Source of the DNA: Planctomycetota bacterium
Lineage (GTDB): Bacteria; Planctomycetota; UBA1135; UBA2386
NCBI GenBank assembly: GCA_947444055.1
Contig: CANEYR010000011.1
Coordinates: 8,534-72,533 of the forward strand
Direction: 5' to 3'
DNA length: 64,000 nucleotides
The notes under the pieces are model-generated. The model was not told the origin of the DNA. It ran no database searches and was given only the letters and a program-made list of their open reading frames with translations. A program made the position numbers and the translations under genes. Of this stretch, positions 20,240 to 29,252 are shown piece by piece (the stretch's first letter is position 1; every line of letters begins with the position of its first letter).

Positions 20240-20770
20240 TTACGTCGCCGCGGGGGTTTCGAGCCAGACCCGACCACTTGCCAGGTCGCCACCAAAGCGC
20301 TCGACGATCTTGGCCAGGCGGTAGCGGAAGATCCGCAGCACGTCGGCCTCAACGAAACAACGCGAGATCAGAGGTGCAAGCGGACCGCCACGAACCGCCA
20401 TTTCGACGCGATCGCCGAGCAGAGTTCCGCCGTTCACCGCCTCGAACGTGTGCGTATGCAGCCAACGCCGATAGGGCCCTCGTTCCTGTTCATCCGCGAA
20501 GCAGAAGGGCGGCTCCCACCTCGCAATTCGGGTCCGCCACCGCAAAGGAATGCCGCGCACTCGCAACCGATAGTCGATGCGGGTATCGACCTGCATGTGT
20601 ATCGGCACCGGCGTCAAGATGTGGAATTGCATCGCCGACGGCGTCAGCAACGGCAAATTGGTTGGTTCACTGAAGAACGCCCAAGCCGCCTCAGTCGGCC
20701 GCGGCACCCACAAGGTCGACCGCAGAACCTTGGCTCCGGGCAAATGCAGTGTTCCACCGGCGATAGCCAT
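20240..20770 (-). CDS. SRPBCC ligand-binding domain protein (COG4276-like)
   Basis: It has the pattern RWEPPFCFADEQERGPYRRWLHTHTF..GGTLLGDRVEM, typical of this SRPBCC subgroup. The start is taken at MAIAGG. Confidence 0.65.
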   Translation of the reverse strand: MAIAGGTLHLPGAKVLRSTLWVPRPTEAAWAFFSEPTNLPLLTPSAMQFHILTPVPIHMQVDTRIDYRLRVRGIPLRWRTRIARWEPPFCFADEQERGPYRRWLHTHTFEAVNGGTLLGDRVEMAVRGGPLAPLISRCFVEADVLRIFRYRLAKIVERFGGDLASGRVWLETPAAT

Positions 20771-20774
20771 GGCG

Positions 20775-21620
20775 TCAGATCGAACCGCGTGCGGGCGCCC
20801 GGACGACACACCGAACCGGCAACTGCACCTCGAAGTAGCGGCGATCGCTGGCGACCGAAGGGCTGTTGTAGCCCATCGTGCGCAGTTCGCCCGCCGCCTC
20901 GTAGGCGGGATTGCGAGCCAACCATGCATCCAGACAGGTGCGCAGTTCGGCAACGCGGCTCGGCCGGTCGTAACCACGCGACCCGATCGTGACCACTGTC
21001 ATCGGCGCCACGTCGACGACCTCGACCTTGCCATCAGCCCCCGGCGCACCGAGGTTCGACGACCCGTATAGGAAGGCCATCGAGGCCTCGCGTGTGCGCT
21101 CGCCATCGGTCTGGTAGTCGATCTGCACCGGCGTCGTCATCGCAATCTGCTTGGCTTGGATGTGTTGAAACAACGGCCAGAAAGCACCTATCGCACCGCC
21201 GCGCATAGGCGTGCGCACCATGCGGTACGCGGGGTAGTGGCGCAGTTCGAGCTCGCCAAGGGCCGTGAACCCAGGCACGCCTGCGGGCAGTTCCGCTTCG
21301 ACGACTGGCTGAAACGTCATATCTTCGAATAGGTCGAGCACAGACGGCAGCAGAGCCGCCGCGTCCTCTTGCAAAGACAGCTCGGCCAGTCGCGCCTTCG
21401 CGGCAAGACCAGCGGGCAGGCACTCTTTGGCGGTGGCTAGGGAAGCTTGCAGCCGCGGCAAGCCTTCGACTGCCCCGAATTCACGAATGGCATCGAGACC
21501 GAAGGCCACCACTGCGGTCGCTGTCTGCCGCGCTAGCAGATCCGACGGCGACAGCAGGCGCTCTTGCGCATCAAGACCGAGTGCCGGGAACCATGACAAC
21601 GCCATCGCGGTGAATCGCAT
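20775..21620 (-). CDS. SOUL/HBP heme-binding-like family protein with N-terminal extension
   Basis: The C-terminal ~190 aa follow the SOUL pattern (ELRHYPAYRMVRT...AFWPLFQHIQ...IAMTTPV...MAFLYG...TMGYNSP). Confidence 0.7.
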   Translation of the reverse strand: MRFTAMALSWFPALGLDAQERLLSPSDLLARQTATAVVAFGLDAIREFGAVEGLPRLQASLATAKECLPAGLAAKARLAELSLQEDAAALLPSVLDLFEDMTFQPVVEAELPAGVPGFTALGELELRHYPAYRMVRTPMRGGAIGAFWPLFQHIQAKQIAMTTPVQIDYQTDGERTREASMAFLYGSSNLGAPGADGKVEVVDVAPMTVVTIGSRGYDRPSRVAELRTCLDAWLARNPAYEAAGELRTMGYNSPSVASDRRYFEVQLPVRCVVRAPARGSI

Positions 21621-21679
21621 GGCGGGGTGTTCGCTACAACCCCGCCGATGGATGCAGCCAGATTCTCAGGAAGCGCGCG

Positions 21680-22474
21680 TCAGAGCTTGGCGATTGCCAC
21701 CACGTTTTCCTGTGCCGATACGACAGCACCCTCGACGGCTTCGACCGTAAGCACGAAGGCAGTGACCTGACGCACCGGCAGCCGCGCGTCGACGCGGATC
21801 ACTGCATCCCCGGCGCCGGCAGGCAAAGCAAACAGACCACCATCCACCGGCGGGCCAGTGCGCGCAGCATCCACGATCCAGAGCTGGTAGCGATGGTTCG
21901 CATCAAGAGGAACAAAGCCTCGCAACCGCAAATAGCCTTCCTGGCGCCGCGCGTTCCAAACGATGTCGCCGCCCAATCCGCCCCGCAAGGGACTCGGGCC
22001 TGGCTGCAGCGAGCACTGCTGGGTGTCAGACGCCGCTAGCAGCAGGGCAGCCCGTGACTGCGCCGACATCGGTGAACCCCTGTCGACTGGCCAAAGCCAC
22101 AACAACAGGCTCGCAGCGACCAGCAGCCACGGCAGCAAACGCCAGCCTCGATCACCATTCGGTGGCTCGACCAAGAACGGTGGCGACGGTGTTCTGGACA
22201 CAACGGGCGACGGGTTGCCAGCGAACCATGCCAGGGCATCCGCCTGCAACTTCGCGGTGATGGCAACGAGCTGCGACGCCGCGACCGAAACTTCGTCCTC
22301 GCTATGCAGTGCCAACGGAACGGCCGCAGCGGCGTCCGCGAATCCAGCAAGTGCGTCGCCCGCACGCTCATCCAGCATCACCCGAGCGAACTCCGCTTCG
22401 TCAGCAGGCTCCAACCAAGCCATGGTCGCATCCGCGAGCAACGCCTCGCGTTGAGAAAGGTCGAGATCACTCAT
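21680..22474 (-). CDS. Anti-sigma factor (RskA-like C-terminal domain)
   Basis: It overlaps the sigma-factor stop by 4 nt and has a central TM helix. The C-terminus is YQLWIVDAARTGPPVDGGLF...AFVLTVEAVEGA. Confidence 0.75.
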   Translation of the reverse strand: MSDLDLSQREALLADATMAWLEPADEAEFARVMLDERAGDALAGFADAAAAVPLALHSEDEVSVAASQLVAITAKLQADALAWFAGNPSPVVSRTPSPPFLVEPPNGDRGWRLLPWLLVAASLLLWLWPVDRGSPMSAQSRAALLLAASDTQQCSLQPGPSPLRGGLGGDIVWNARRQEGYLRLRGFVPLDANHRYQLWIVDAARTGPPVDGGLFALPAGAGDAVIRVDARLPVRQVTAFVLTVEAVEGAVVSAQENVVAIAKL

Positions 22475-23025
22475 GACCTTGTTCCCCCTTCAACGGCCAC
22501 GACGCCAAGCATCGCGCGCAACCGGACCAAGCCGCGCCGCGCGTGGCTCTTCACGGTGCCGAGAGGAATGCCGACAGCCACTGCGATCTCTTGGTGCGAA
22601 CGCCCATGTCCGAGTGCCAGCTCAAGCACTTCTCGCTGTTCGGGCCGCAACTGCTGCATCGCGGCTCGAGCGCGAGCTGACTCGTCGCGAAGCTCCACAT
22701 CGTCGCTCGGTGCGTTCGCAGGCACGAAAGCTGGATGCTCAAGTTGGTCGGCAGCGGGGCGGATCGTTTGCCGACGCAGACGATCAACCAATCGACGGCG
22801 CGCAATGGTGAGCAAGAACGTCACTTCCTTGCCTTGGGCCGGATCGAAGCGATGTGCACTGCGCCAGACCTCGAGAAAGATGTCCTGCACGGCATCCTCG
22901 ACATCCTGGGCGTTGCGCAAGAACCGACGGGCTTGGTTCCACACCAGTGACGTGTAGCAACGCAGGAACTCGCCAACGGCGGCCATGTCACCACTCGCGA
23001 TCTGCGTCAACAAGGCTTGCGACAT
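22471..23025 (-). CDS. ECF-type RNA polymerase sigma factor
   Basis: It has sigma-70 regions 2 and 4 (DVEDAVQDIFLEVW; HQEIAVAVGIPLGTVKSHARRGL). The start is taken at MSQALLTQIASGD. The ORF is open to 23100. Confidence 0.85.
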   Translation of the reverse strand: MSQALLTQIASGDMAAVGEFLRCYTSLVWNQARRFLRNAQDVEDAVQDIFLEVWRSAHRFDPAQGKEVTFLLTIARRRLVDRLRRQTIRPAADQLEHPAFVPANAPSDDVELRDESARARAAMQQLRPEQREVLELALGHGRSHQEIAVAVGIPLGTVKSHARRGLVRLRAMLGVVAVEGGTRS

Positions 23026-23111
23026 GCAGGAGAAACCGTCGTGGCTGCTTCTACGGGCCGCGGCCGCCGCAAGCTTGTGAATTTTCCTCGTCGTCGGCAA
23101 CCGCCTCCGAA

Positions 23112-24023
23112 CTACCGAGGCAGGATCACGGCGTCGATGACGTGGATGACGCCATTGCCGGCGACCACATCCGTCGCGACCACGTTGGCGTTGTCGATCA
23201 TAACCTTGCCGTCGGTGACCTTGATCAGCACCGCACCACCCTGCAACGTCTTCGCCTCCTTGAGCTTGACGACGTCCGCAGCCTTCACGGTCCCGGCCAC
23301 GATGTGGTACTTGAGCACGTCGGCGAGCTTCTGCTTGTTCTCGGGCTTCAGCAGGTCGGCGAGGGTGTCGTTGCCGAGCTTGGCGAAGGCTTCGTCCGTC
23401 GGCGCAAACACCGTGAACGGTCCGCCGTTGGCGAGCGTGTCGGCGAGCCCAGCTGCCGTCGCCGCGGTCAGCAACGTCTTGAACTTGCCAGCCTTCGCAG
23501 CGGTAGCAACCAGATTGTCCGGTGGCAACAGCACGGAGTCGACCACGTGGATGACCCCATTGGTCGCCACGATGTCCGTCTTCACGACCTTGGCGCTGCC
23601 GACCATCACACCGCTCTTGTCGACGACGACGGCTAGGCTATTGCCTTGCACGGTTGCGAGTTCCTTCTGCAGCACGACCTTCTCGGCGGGCACGTTGCCG
23701 GCAACCACGTGGTAGGTGAGGATCGCCGCCAACTTCTTCTTGTTCTCGGGCTTCAGCAGCTCGGCGAGCGTGTCCTTGCCCAGCTTGGCAAACGCCTCGT
23801 CGGTCGGTGCGAATACCGTGAACGGCCCCTTGCCTTGCAAGGTGGCGACGAGATCAGCGGCCTTGACCGCTGCTACCAACGTGGTGAACTGGCCAGCCGC
23901 AACCGCGGTGGCAACGATGTCCTTGTCGGTTTTGCCGTGGGTAGCTTCGGCGGAGTCTTGCGCCGACAAACCGACCAACAAGAGGGTCGAAGAGAGAATC
24001 GAGAGGGAAAGGGGCGTGTGCAT
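23112..24023 (-). CDS. Secreted protein with two fasciclin (FAS1) domains
   Basis: It has a signal peptide ([21 protein letters not shown]) and two repeats each containing [17 protein letters not shown] and [10 protein letters not shown] / [10 protein letters not shown]. Confidence 0.9.
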   Translation of the reverse strand: MHTPLSLSILSSTLLLVGLSAQDSAEATHGKTDKDIVATAVAAGQFTTLVAAVKAADLVATLQGKGPFTVFAPTDEAFAKLGKDTLAELLKPENKKKLAAILTYHVVAGNVPAEKVVLQKELATVQGNSLAVVVDKSGVMVGSAKVVKTDIVATNGVIHVVDSVLLPPDNLVATAAKAGKFKTLLTAATAAGLADTLANGGPFTVFAPTDEAFAKLGNDTLADLLKPENKQKLADVLKYHIVAGTVKAADVVKLKEAKTLQGGAVLIKVTDGKVMIDNANVVATDVVAGNGVIHVIDAVILPR

Positions 24024-24117
24024 GGTGTTTGTGCGCGCGCCACGAAGTGCTCGGATGCGCGCGATGACGTCTTCGCAGCAACCCACCACTTGGATGCAGG
24101 TGCTTTCCTGATATCCC

Positions 24118-24144
24118 GCAGAACCCGGCCCGCTGTATGAACGT
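24118..24144 (+). promoter_or_regulatory. Candidate ECF-type promoter (AGAAC-N17-CGT) just upstream of the B12-binding gene
   Basis: GAAC lies at 24121-24124 and CGT at 24142-24144, separated by 17 nt. The -10-like element ends 5 nt before the ATG at 24150, which would imply a near-leaderless transcript. Confidence 0.2.
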
Positions 24145-24149
24145 GCACC

Positions 24150-25211
24150 ATGGAGTCCCAAGGACGCTTCGCCGCCGGCTTGCTGCGGCATGGCGCGCGC
24201 GCTTACGCGACCATGGTGGTCGAGGCATTGGCCGACCAGAGTGCCGGCTTGTCGGCGCATGGCTTGCCGAGTTCGTTTGCGGATCCGATCGAAGACACCC
24301 GAGTGCGATTGCTGACACTTGCGGAAGCACTCGATGTCGATCGCCCAGAACTGATCGCGCGCCAGATCGCCTGGTACAAAGTTGCGTTCGCGCACCGCAA
24401 CGTGGCAGGTGACTACCTTGAGGCCAATCTGCACGCCATTCGCGACGCCCTGCTCCAACAGTTGCCGGCGCCATGCCACGAGATCGTGATGCGACACCTG
24501 GATGCCGGCGTACAGATGGCTCGAAATGCCCCCAGCGACCTTCCGAGCCACCTTGAGAGCGGCGGGGCCATGCTCACAGAAGCGCGCCAATTCCTGCTCG
24601 CGGTGCTGGAGAACCGCGCGCACGATGCACTTGACCTGGTAATGGCATGGCACGCCGCTGGCGCCAGCATTGCCGAGCTGCATGACCATGTGCTGACGCG
24701 AGCACAACGCGAAGTCGGTCGCATGTGGCTGATGGCCGAGATCCCGATCGCCGACGAACACTTCGCATCGCGCCTCGTCGAGCGTTGTCTGGACCGCTTG
24801 GCCGGTCTGGCGCCGCCCGCGATCCACCTTGGTCGATTCGTAGTGACGTGCGCCGTGGGCGGCAACCTGCATGACATCGGCCTGCGCATGGTCGCCGATC
24901 GCTTCGAAATGCACGGCTGGGATGCCTGGCACCTCGGCGCAGACATGCCGGCTCACGACTTTGAATGGCTGCTGCAGGATCGCCGCGTCGACCTGATCGC
25001 ACTTGGCGCCACCTTGGTGCTCCATGTCAGTACGGCCCGATCCACCATCGAACGACTGCGCGCAACGCTCGGCACGCGGTGCCCACCAATCCTGGTCGGT
25101 GGTCACCCGTTCACCCTCGTCGAGGACCTCTACCGCGTGATCGGCGCCGACGCCGTCGCCCACTCAGCAGCCGAAGCGGTGGCCTACGGCGAGTCGCTGA
25201 CCCGGGGCTGA
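24150..25211 (+). CDS. Cobalamin-binding protein: unknown helical N-domain + B12-binding_2 four-helix bundle + Rossmann B12-binding domain (CarH-like sensor module, no DNA-binding domain)
   Basis: It has the exact Wx9EH motif ([12 protein letters not shown]), the lower-ligand motif NLHDIG, and downstream LIALGATL and ILVGG. Confidence 0.8.
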   Translation: MESQGRFAAGLLRHGARAYATMVVEALADQSAGLSAHGLPSSFADPIEDTRVRLLTLAEALDVDRPELIARQIAWYKVAFAHRNVAGDYLEANLHAIRDALLQQLPAPCHEIVMRHLDAGVQMARNAPSDLPSHLESGGAMLTEARQFLLAVLENRAHDALDLVMAWHAAGASIAELHDHVLTRAQREVGRMWLMAEIPIADEHFASRLVERCLDRLAGLAPPAIHLGRFVVTCAVGGNLHDIGLRMVADRFEMHGWDAWHLGADMPAHDFEWLLQDRRVDLIALGATLVLHVSTARSTIERLRATLGTRCPPILVGGHPFTLVEDLYRVIGADAVAHSAAEAVAYGESLTRG

Positions 25212-25261
25212 AGATCAGGTAGCAAGGGCGCGCGGGACGAGCATGGCTATGCTCCCGCCGC

Positions 25262-26254
25262 GTGACGGCACCCCACTCACCCGGTCCGATGAACGCGCCG
25301 CCCTCCGCAGAGGGCAGCGAGGCTGCGCCAACCGCCGAAGTGGCTCATCTACTGGCCGGGTTGGCCTCTGCATGCCCTTCGATCGCGCCCAAGTACTTCT
25401 ACGACGAGCTTGGCTCGCGCCTGTTCACCGCGATCACAGCGCTGCCTGAGTACTACCCCACCCGGACAGAAGCCGAACTACTCGCGCAACACCTGCCCGC
25501 GATCACTGCGGCCGCACCAACCGTCGGCGCCACCCTGATCGACCTCGGAGCCGGCAACTGCGAGAAGGCGGCCCGCTTGTTTGCGGCCGTGCGCCCGACC
25601 ACCTACGTCGCGGTCGACATCTCTGCCGAGTTCTTGCGCGGCTGCTTGGCGCGGTTGCAGCGCCTGCATACCGGCATCACCATGCTCGGCGTCGGCACCG
25701 ACTTCTCGGCGCGCTTGGACCTGCCGCCGTCGGTGCCCAGCCATCGCCGACTCTTTTTCTATCCAGGTTCGTCGATCGGCAACTTCACGCCGCGCGACGC
25801 CCACACCTTCTTGCGCAGCGTGCGCGCCCAGATGCTGACGGACGGAGTGCTGTGGATCGGGGTCGATTTGCAGAAGGCGCGCGACGTGCTTGAACTCGCC
25901 TACGACGACCCGCTCGGCGTCACCGCGGCCTTCAACAAGAACGTGTTGCAGCACGTCAATCGCATCGTCGGCACCGACTTCGATCTCGCCGATTGGCGCC
26001 ATGTCGCCTTCTACGAGCCGCAGCTCGGCCGCATCGAGATGCACCTCGAAGCCGTCACGGACGTGCGCGTCACCTGGCCCGGTGGTGGCCGCCTGTTCCG
26101 CGCTGGCCAACGCATCCACACCGAGAACTCCTACAAGCACACCGTGCCCAGCTTTCGCGCGCTGCTCGCCGAGGCGGGGCTGCACACCGTCGGGCATTGG
26201 ACCGACGCCGCTGGCTGGTTCGCGTTCTTCGTCGCGACCCCGACGTCGCCGTGA
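25262..26254 (+). CDS. egtD: L-histidine N-alpha-methyltransferase (ergothioneine biosynthesis EgtD)
   Basis: It has PKYFYDELGSRLFTAITALPEYYPTRTEAELL and the SAM-binding segment LIDLGAGNCEKA, typical of EgtD (TIGR03438-type). Confidence 0.88.
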   Translation: MTAPHSPGPMNAPPSAEGSEAAPTAEVAHLLAGLASACPSIAPKYFYDELGSRLFTAITALPEYYPTRTEAELLAQHLPAITAAAPTVGATLIDLGAGNCEKAARLFAAVRPTTYVAVDISAEFLRGCLARLQRLHTGITMLGVGTDFSARLDLPPSVPSHRRLFFYPGSSIGNFTPRDAHTFLRSVRAQMLTDGVLWIGVDLQKARDVLELAYDDPLGVTAAFNKNVLQHVNRIVGTDFDLADWRHVAFYEPQLGRIEMHLEAVTDVRVTWPGGGRLFRAGQRIHTENSYKHTVPSFRALLAEAGLHTVGHWTDAAGWFAFFVATPTSP

Positions 26255-27438
26255 GCGACCCGCGACGACTGCACGGCCAAGCGCTGCTCAACGCCTTCGG
26301 TGAAGCGCGCGCCGCCACGCTCGCCGCCACCTTGGACCTCAGCGACGAGCAATGGCGCGTGCCCTACCACCGCGGCATCCAGCCCACCGCCTGGGATCTG
26401 GCGCACATCGCGTGGTTTGCGGAGTTCTGGTTGTTGCGCGGACCCCATCGCATCGACGTCGCCGGCAATGTGCTGGCCGATGGCGTGCTCGCCGACAGTG
26501 AGCGCGCGATCATCGGCCTCGATGAACGCTACGACTCGGCGCGCATCGCGCATCGCGCTCGCTGGGAGATGCCGCTGTTCGAACGCGGCGAGCTGTTGGA
26601 GCGCATGGCGCAACAACTGCAGGCCTGCACCGACCACATCGCGCGCCGCGACGATGCAAGCACGCTCTACCACGCGCGCTTTGCCGTGCTGCACGAACTG
26701 ATGCACATGGAAGCGCTGCTGTGGACGCGCGGCATTCTCGGCTATCCGGCACCAGCCGACCTGACGATGCGTCGCTTCACCGCCAGTCCCGAGGTGTTCG
26801 TCGCCGGCGGTGCGTTTGCCATCGGCCAGGGCCACGACGAGGACCGCTTCGCGTTCGACAACGAACTGCCGGGGCGCATGGTGCAACTGGAGGCCTTCTG
26901 CATCGACGCCACGCCCATCACCAACGGGCAGTTCCTCGCGTTGGTGCAGGCCGATGGCTACCGACGCACCGAACTGTGGCCCGGACGCGCTGGCACGTGG
27001 CTCGCGCGCGAACAACGCACGCAGCCCGAACGCTGGCGGCGGCTGGCGAACGATCGCTACGAGCATCGTTGGTTCCATCAGTGGGCGCCGCTGCCGCTCG
27101 ACGAACCGGTCGTGCACATCAATGCCTTTGAAGCCGAGGCCTACTGTCGCTTCGTCGGTCGCCGCCTGCCGCGCGCTGCCGAATGGGAAGTCGCCGCCGA
27201 TCGCATGGCGTGGGGTCACTCTGTTTGGGAATGGACCGCCGATGCGTTCGCGCCGTTCCCTGGTTTTCGCCCAGGGCCCTACACGACCTACTCGGCCCCG
27301 TGGTTTCACGCGCAGCGCGAGATGCGCGGCGGCGCCTTCGCCACGCACGCGCTGATGCACGACCGGCGCTACCGCAACTTCTTCCTGGCGCAGCGCACCG
27401 ACATCTTTGCCGGCTTCCGCACCGCCGCGGACGCGTAG
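26251..27438 (+). CDS. egtB: Sulfoxide synthase EgtB (DinB-like + FGE-sulfatase domains)
   Basis: The GTG start overlaps the egtD stop (GTGA). It has a DinB-like N-terminus (WDLAHIAWFAEFWLL) and an FGE-type C-terminus (SVWEWTADAFAPFPGF...RGGAFATH). ~395 aa. Confidence 0.85.
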   Translation: MSDPRRLHGQALLNAFGEARAATLAATLDLSDEQWRVPYHRGIQPTAWDLAHIAWFAEFWLLRGPHRIDVAGNVLADGVLADSERAIIGLDERYDSARIAHRARWEMPLFERGELLERMAQQLQACTDHIARRDDASTLYHARFAVLHELMHMEALLWTRGILGYPAPADLTMRRFTASPEVFVAGGAFAIGQGHDEDRFAFDNELPGRMVQLEAFCIDATPITNGQFLALVQADGYRRTELWPGRAGTWLAREQRTQPERWRRLANDRYEHRWFHQWAPLPLDEPVVHINAFEAEAYCRFVGRRLPRAAEWEVAADRMAWGHSVWEWTADAFAPFPGFRPGPYTTYSAPWFHAQREMRGGAFATHALMHDRRYRNFFLAQRTDIFAGFRTAADA

Positions 27439-27507
27439 TCACGCCAAGGGCTCTGGTCGAGCGATCACACCCGCCAAATCCTCAATTCCTCGGTCGTTTT
27501 TTCCCCT

Positions 27508-27524
27508 AATCCGAGCTTCGGATT
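27508..27524 (+). terminator. Weak hairpin after egtB (possible terminator)
   Basis: AATCCGA-GCT-TCGGATT lies in an unusually AT-rich patch. It is followed by TCCCC rather than a T tract. Confidence 0.2.
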
Positions 27525-27666
27525 TCCCCAGATCCGAGCAGTGCGCTGCTGGTGGCACAGCCAACACGGATCTCGCCACAGCCTGAGCGCCCGCCAGCCC
27601 ATGCCACCGTGCTCTCCTGGCACGCGACACGCCCGTTCCAGCGGGGCCGAACGCGCAGTCGATGGA

Positions 27667-28347
27667 ATGCTGATTGACACCTCGCCAGTCGATGCCGAAC
27701 CTCCTTGCCCGCCGAATGCCGTTGGCCCGATGAACTCGCCCCGCAACCTCAAGCGCCACGAAGGCGTCATCACCCGCCATGACCGGGAGCGCTTGCTCGG
27801 CCAGCGCGGCGCCGTGGTGTGGTTCACCGGCTTGTCCGGTTCGGGCAAATCGACCGTCGCCTGCGGCGTCGAAGAACGCCTCGTCGCGCAGGGCCGCCTC
27901 GTCTACGTCTTGGACGGCGACAACATCCGCCATGGCCTGTGCGCCGACCTTGGCTTTGCCGCGGCCGATCGCACCGAGAACATCCGCCGCATCAGCCATA
28001 CCGCCGCCCTGTTCGCCGACGCGGGCGTCATCGTGCTGACCGCGTTCATCTCGCCGTTCCGCGCCGATCGCGCGGCGGCTCGCGCCGTGCTCGGCAACGA
28101 CTTCCTCGAAGTGTTCGTCGATGCGCCGCTGGCGACGTGCGAACAACGCGACCCCAAAGGCCTCTACAAGAAGGCGCGCGCCGGCCAGATCCCGGAGTTC
28201 ACCGGCATCAGCTCGCCGTACGAAGCGCCCGAACATCCCGAACTGCACCTGCGCACCGGCGAGCGAACGCTGGCGCAATCGGTCGACGCCGTGCAGTCGT
28301 TCTTGGCCGCCCGCGGCCTGTTGGCAGCCTCTTCCGCCACGTCATGA
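27667..28347 (+). CDS. cysC: Adenylyl-sulfate (APS) kinase
   Basis: It has the canonical motifs [27 protein letters not shown] and [12 protein letters not shown]. The start is uncertain (27667 or about 27730). Confidence 0.9.
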   Translation: MLIDTSPVDAEPPCPPNAVGPMNSPRNLKRHEGVITRHDRERLLGQRGAVVWFTGLSGSGKSTVACGVEERLVAQGRLVYVLDGDNIRHGLCADLGFAAADRTENIRRISHTAALFADAGVIVLTAFISPFRADRAAARAVLGNDFLEVFVDAPLATCEQRDPKGLYKKARAGQIPEFTGISSPYEAPEHPELHLRTGERTLAQSVDAVQSFLAARGLLAASSATS

Positions 28348-29252
28348 CCAAGTACGCCCTCACCCATCTGGAGCAACTCGAGCACGAGAGCATCCAGATC
28401 ATCCGCGAAGTCGCCGCCGAGTTCGAACGGCCGGTGATGCTGTATTCGATCGGCAAGGACAGCGGCGTCATGCTGCGGCTGGCGCAGAAGGCGTTCGCGC
28501 CCGCGCGCATCCCGTTCAAGATCCTGCACATCAACACGACGTGGAAGTTCAAGGAGATGATCACGTTCCGCGACCAGATGGTGGCGGACCTGAAGCTCGA
28601 CTTCGACGAGTGGATCAATCTCGAAGGCAAGAAGGACGGCATCAATCCGTTCGTGCATGGCACGCAGCGCTACACGCACGTGATGAAGACCGAGGGTTTG
28701 AAGCAGGCCCTCAATGCGGGCCAATACGACGCCGCGTTTGGCGGGGCTCGGCGCGACGAAGAGAAAAGCCGCGCGAAGGAACGCGTGTTCAGCTTCCGCG
28801 ATCGCTTCCACCAGTGGGACCCGAAGAACCAACGGCCCGAGCTGTGGAACCTGTTCAACTGCCGCGTGCACAAGGGCGAGTCGATCCGCGTGTTCCCGAT
28901 CAGCAACTGGACCGAGCTCGACGTCTGGCTCTACATCCACAAAGAACAGCTGCCGGTGGTGCCGCTCTACTTCGCGAAGGCCCGGCCGGTCGTCCGGCGC
29001 GGCAACGCCTGGATCATGGTCGACGATGAACGCCTGCCGCTGCAGCCCGACGAGCAGCCGGAGATGCGCATGGTCCGCTTCCGCACGCTCGGCTGTTACC
29101 CGCTGACCGGCGCCATCGATTCGACTGCCGACACGCTGCCGAAGATCATCGAAGAGATGCTGCGCAGCCGCGACTCCGAACGACAGGGGCGCGTCATCGA
29201 CTTTGACGAAGCTGGTTCCATGGAGCAGAAGAAGCGCGAGGGCTATTTCTAA
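28344..29252 (+). CDS. cysD: Sulfate adenylyltransferase subunit 2
   Basis: It has the PAPS-reductase-fold motif [16 protein letters not shown] and a CysD-type C-terminus. The ATGA overlaps the cysC stop. Confidence 0.93.
   Translation: MTKYALTHLEQLEHESIQIIREVAAEFERPVMLYSIGKDSGVMLRLAQKAFAPARIPFKILHINTTWKFKEMITFRDQMVADLKLDFDEWINLEGKKDGINPFVHGTQRYTHVMKTEGLKQALNAGQYDAAFGGARRDEEKSRAKERVFSFRDRFHQWDPKNQRPELWNLFNCRVHKGESIRVFPISNWTELDVWLYIHKEQLPVVPLYFAKARPVVRRGNAWIMVDDERLPLQPDEQPEMRMVRFRTLGCYPLTGAIDSTADTLPKIIEEMLRSRDSERQGRVIDFDEAGSMEQKKREGYF

Noticed and set aside
23112-25163. 683-aa minus-strand ORF suggesting one very large protein.
   Set aside because: Only the last 303 codons (from MHTPLSL at 24023) form a coherent signal-peptide-plus-double-FAS1 protein. 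The upstream part is the antisense shadow of the well-supported B12-binding gene on the + strand.
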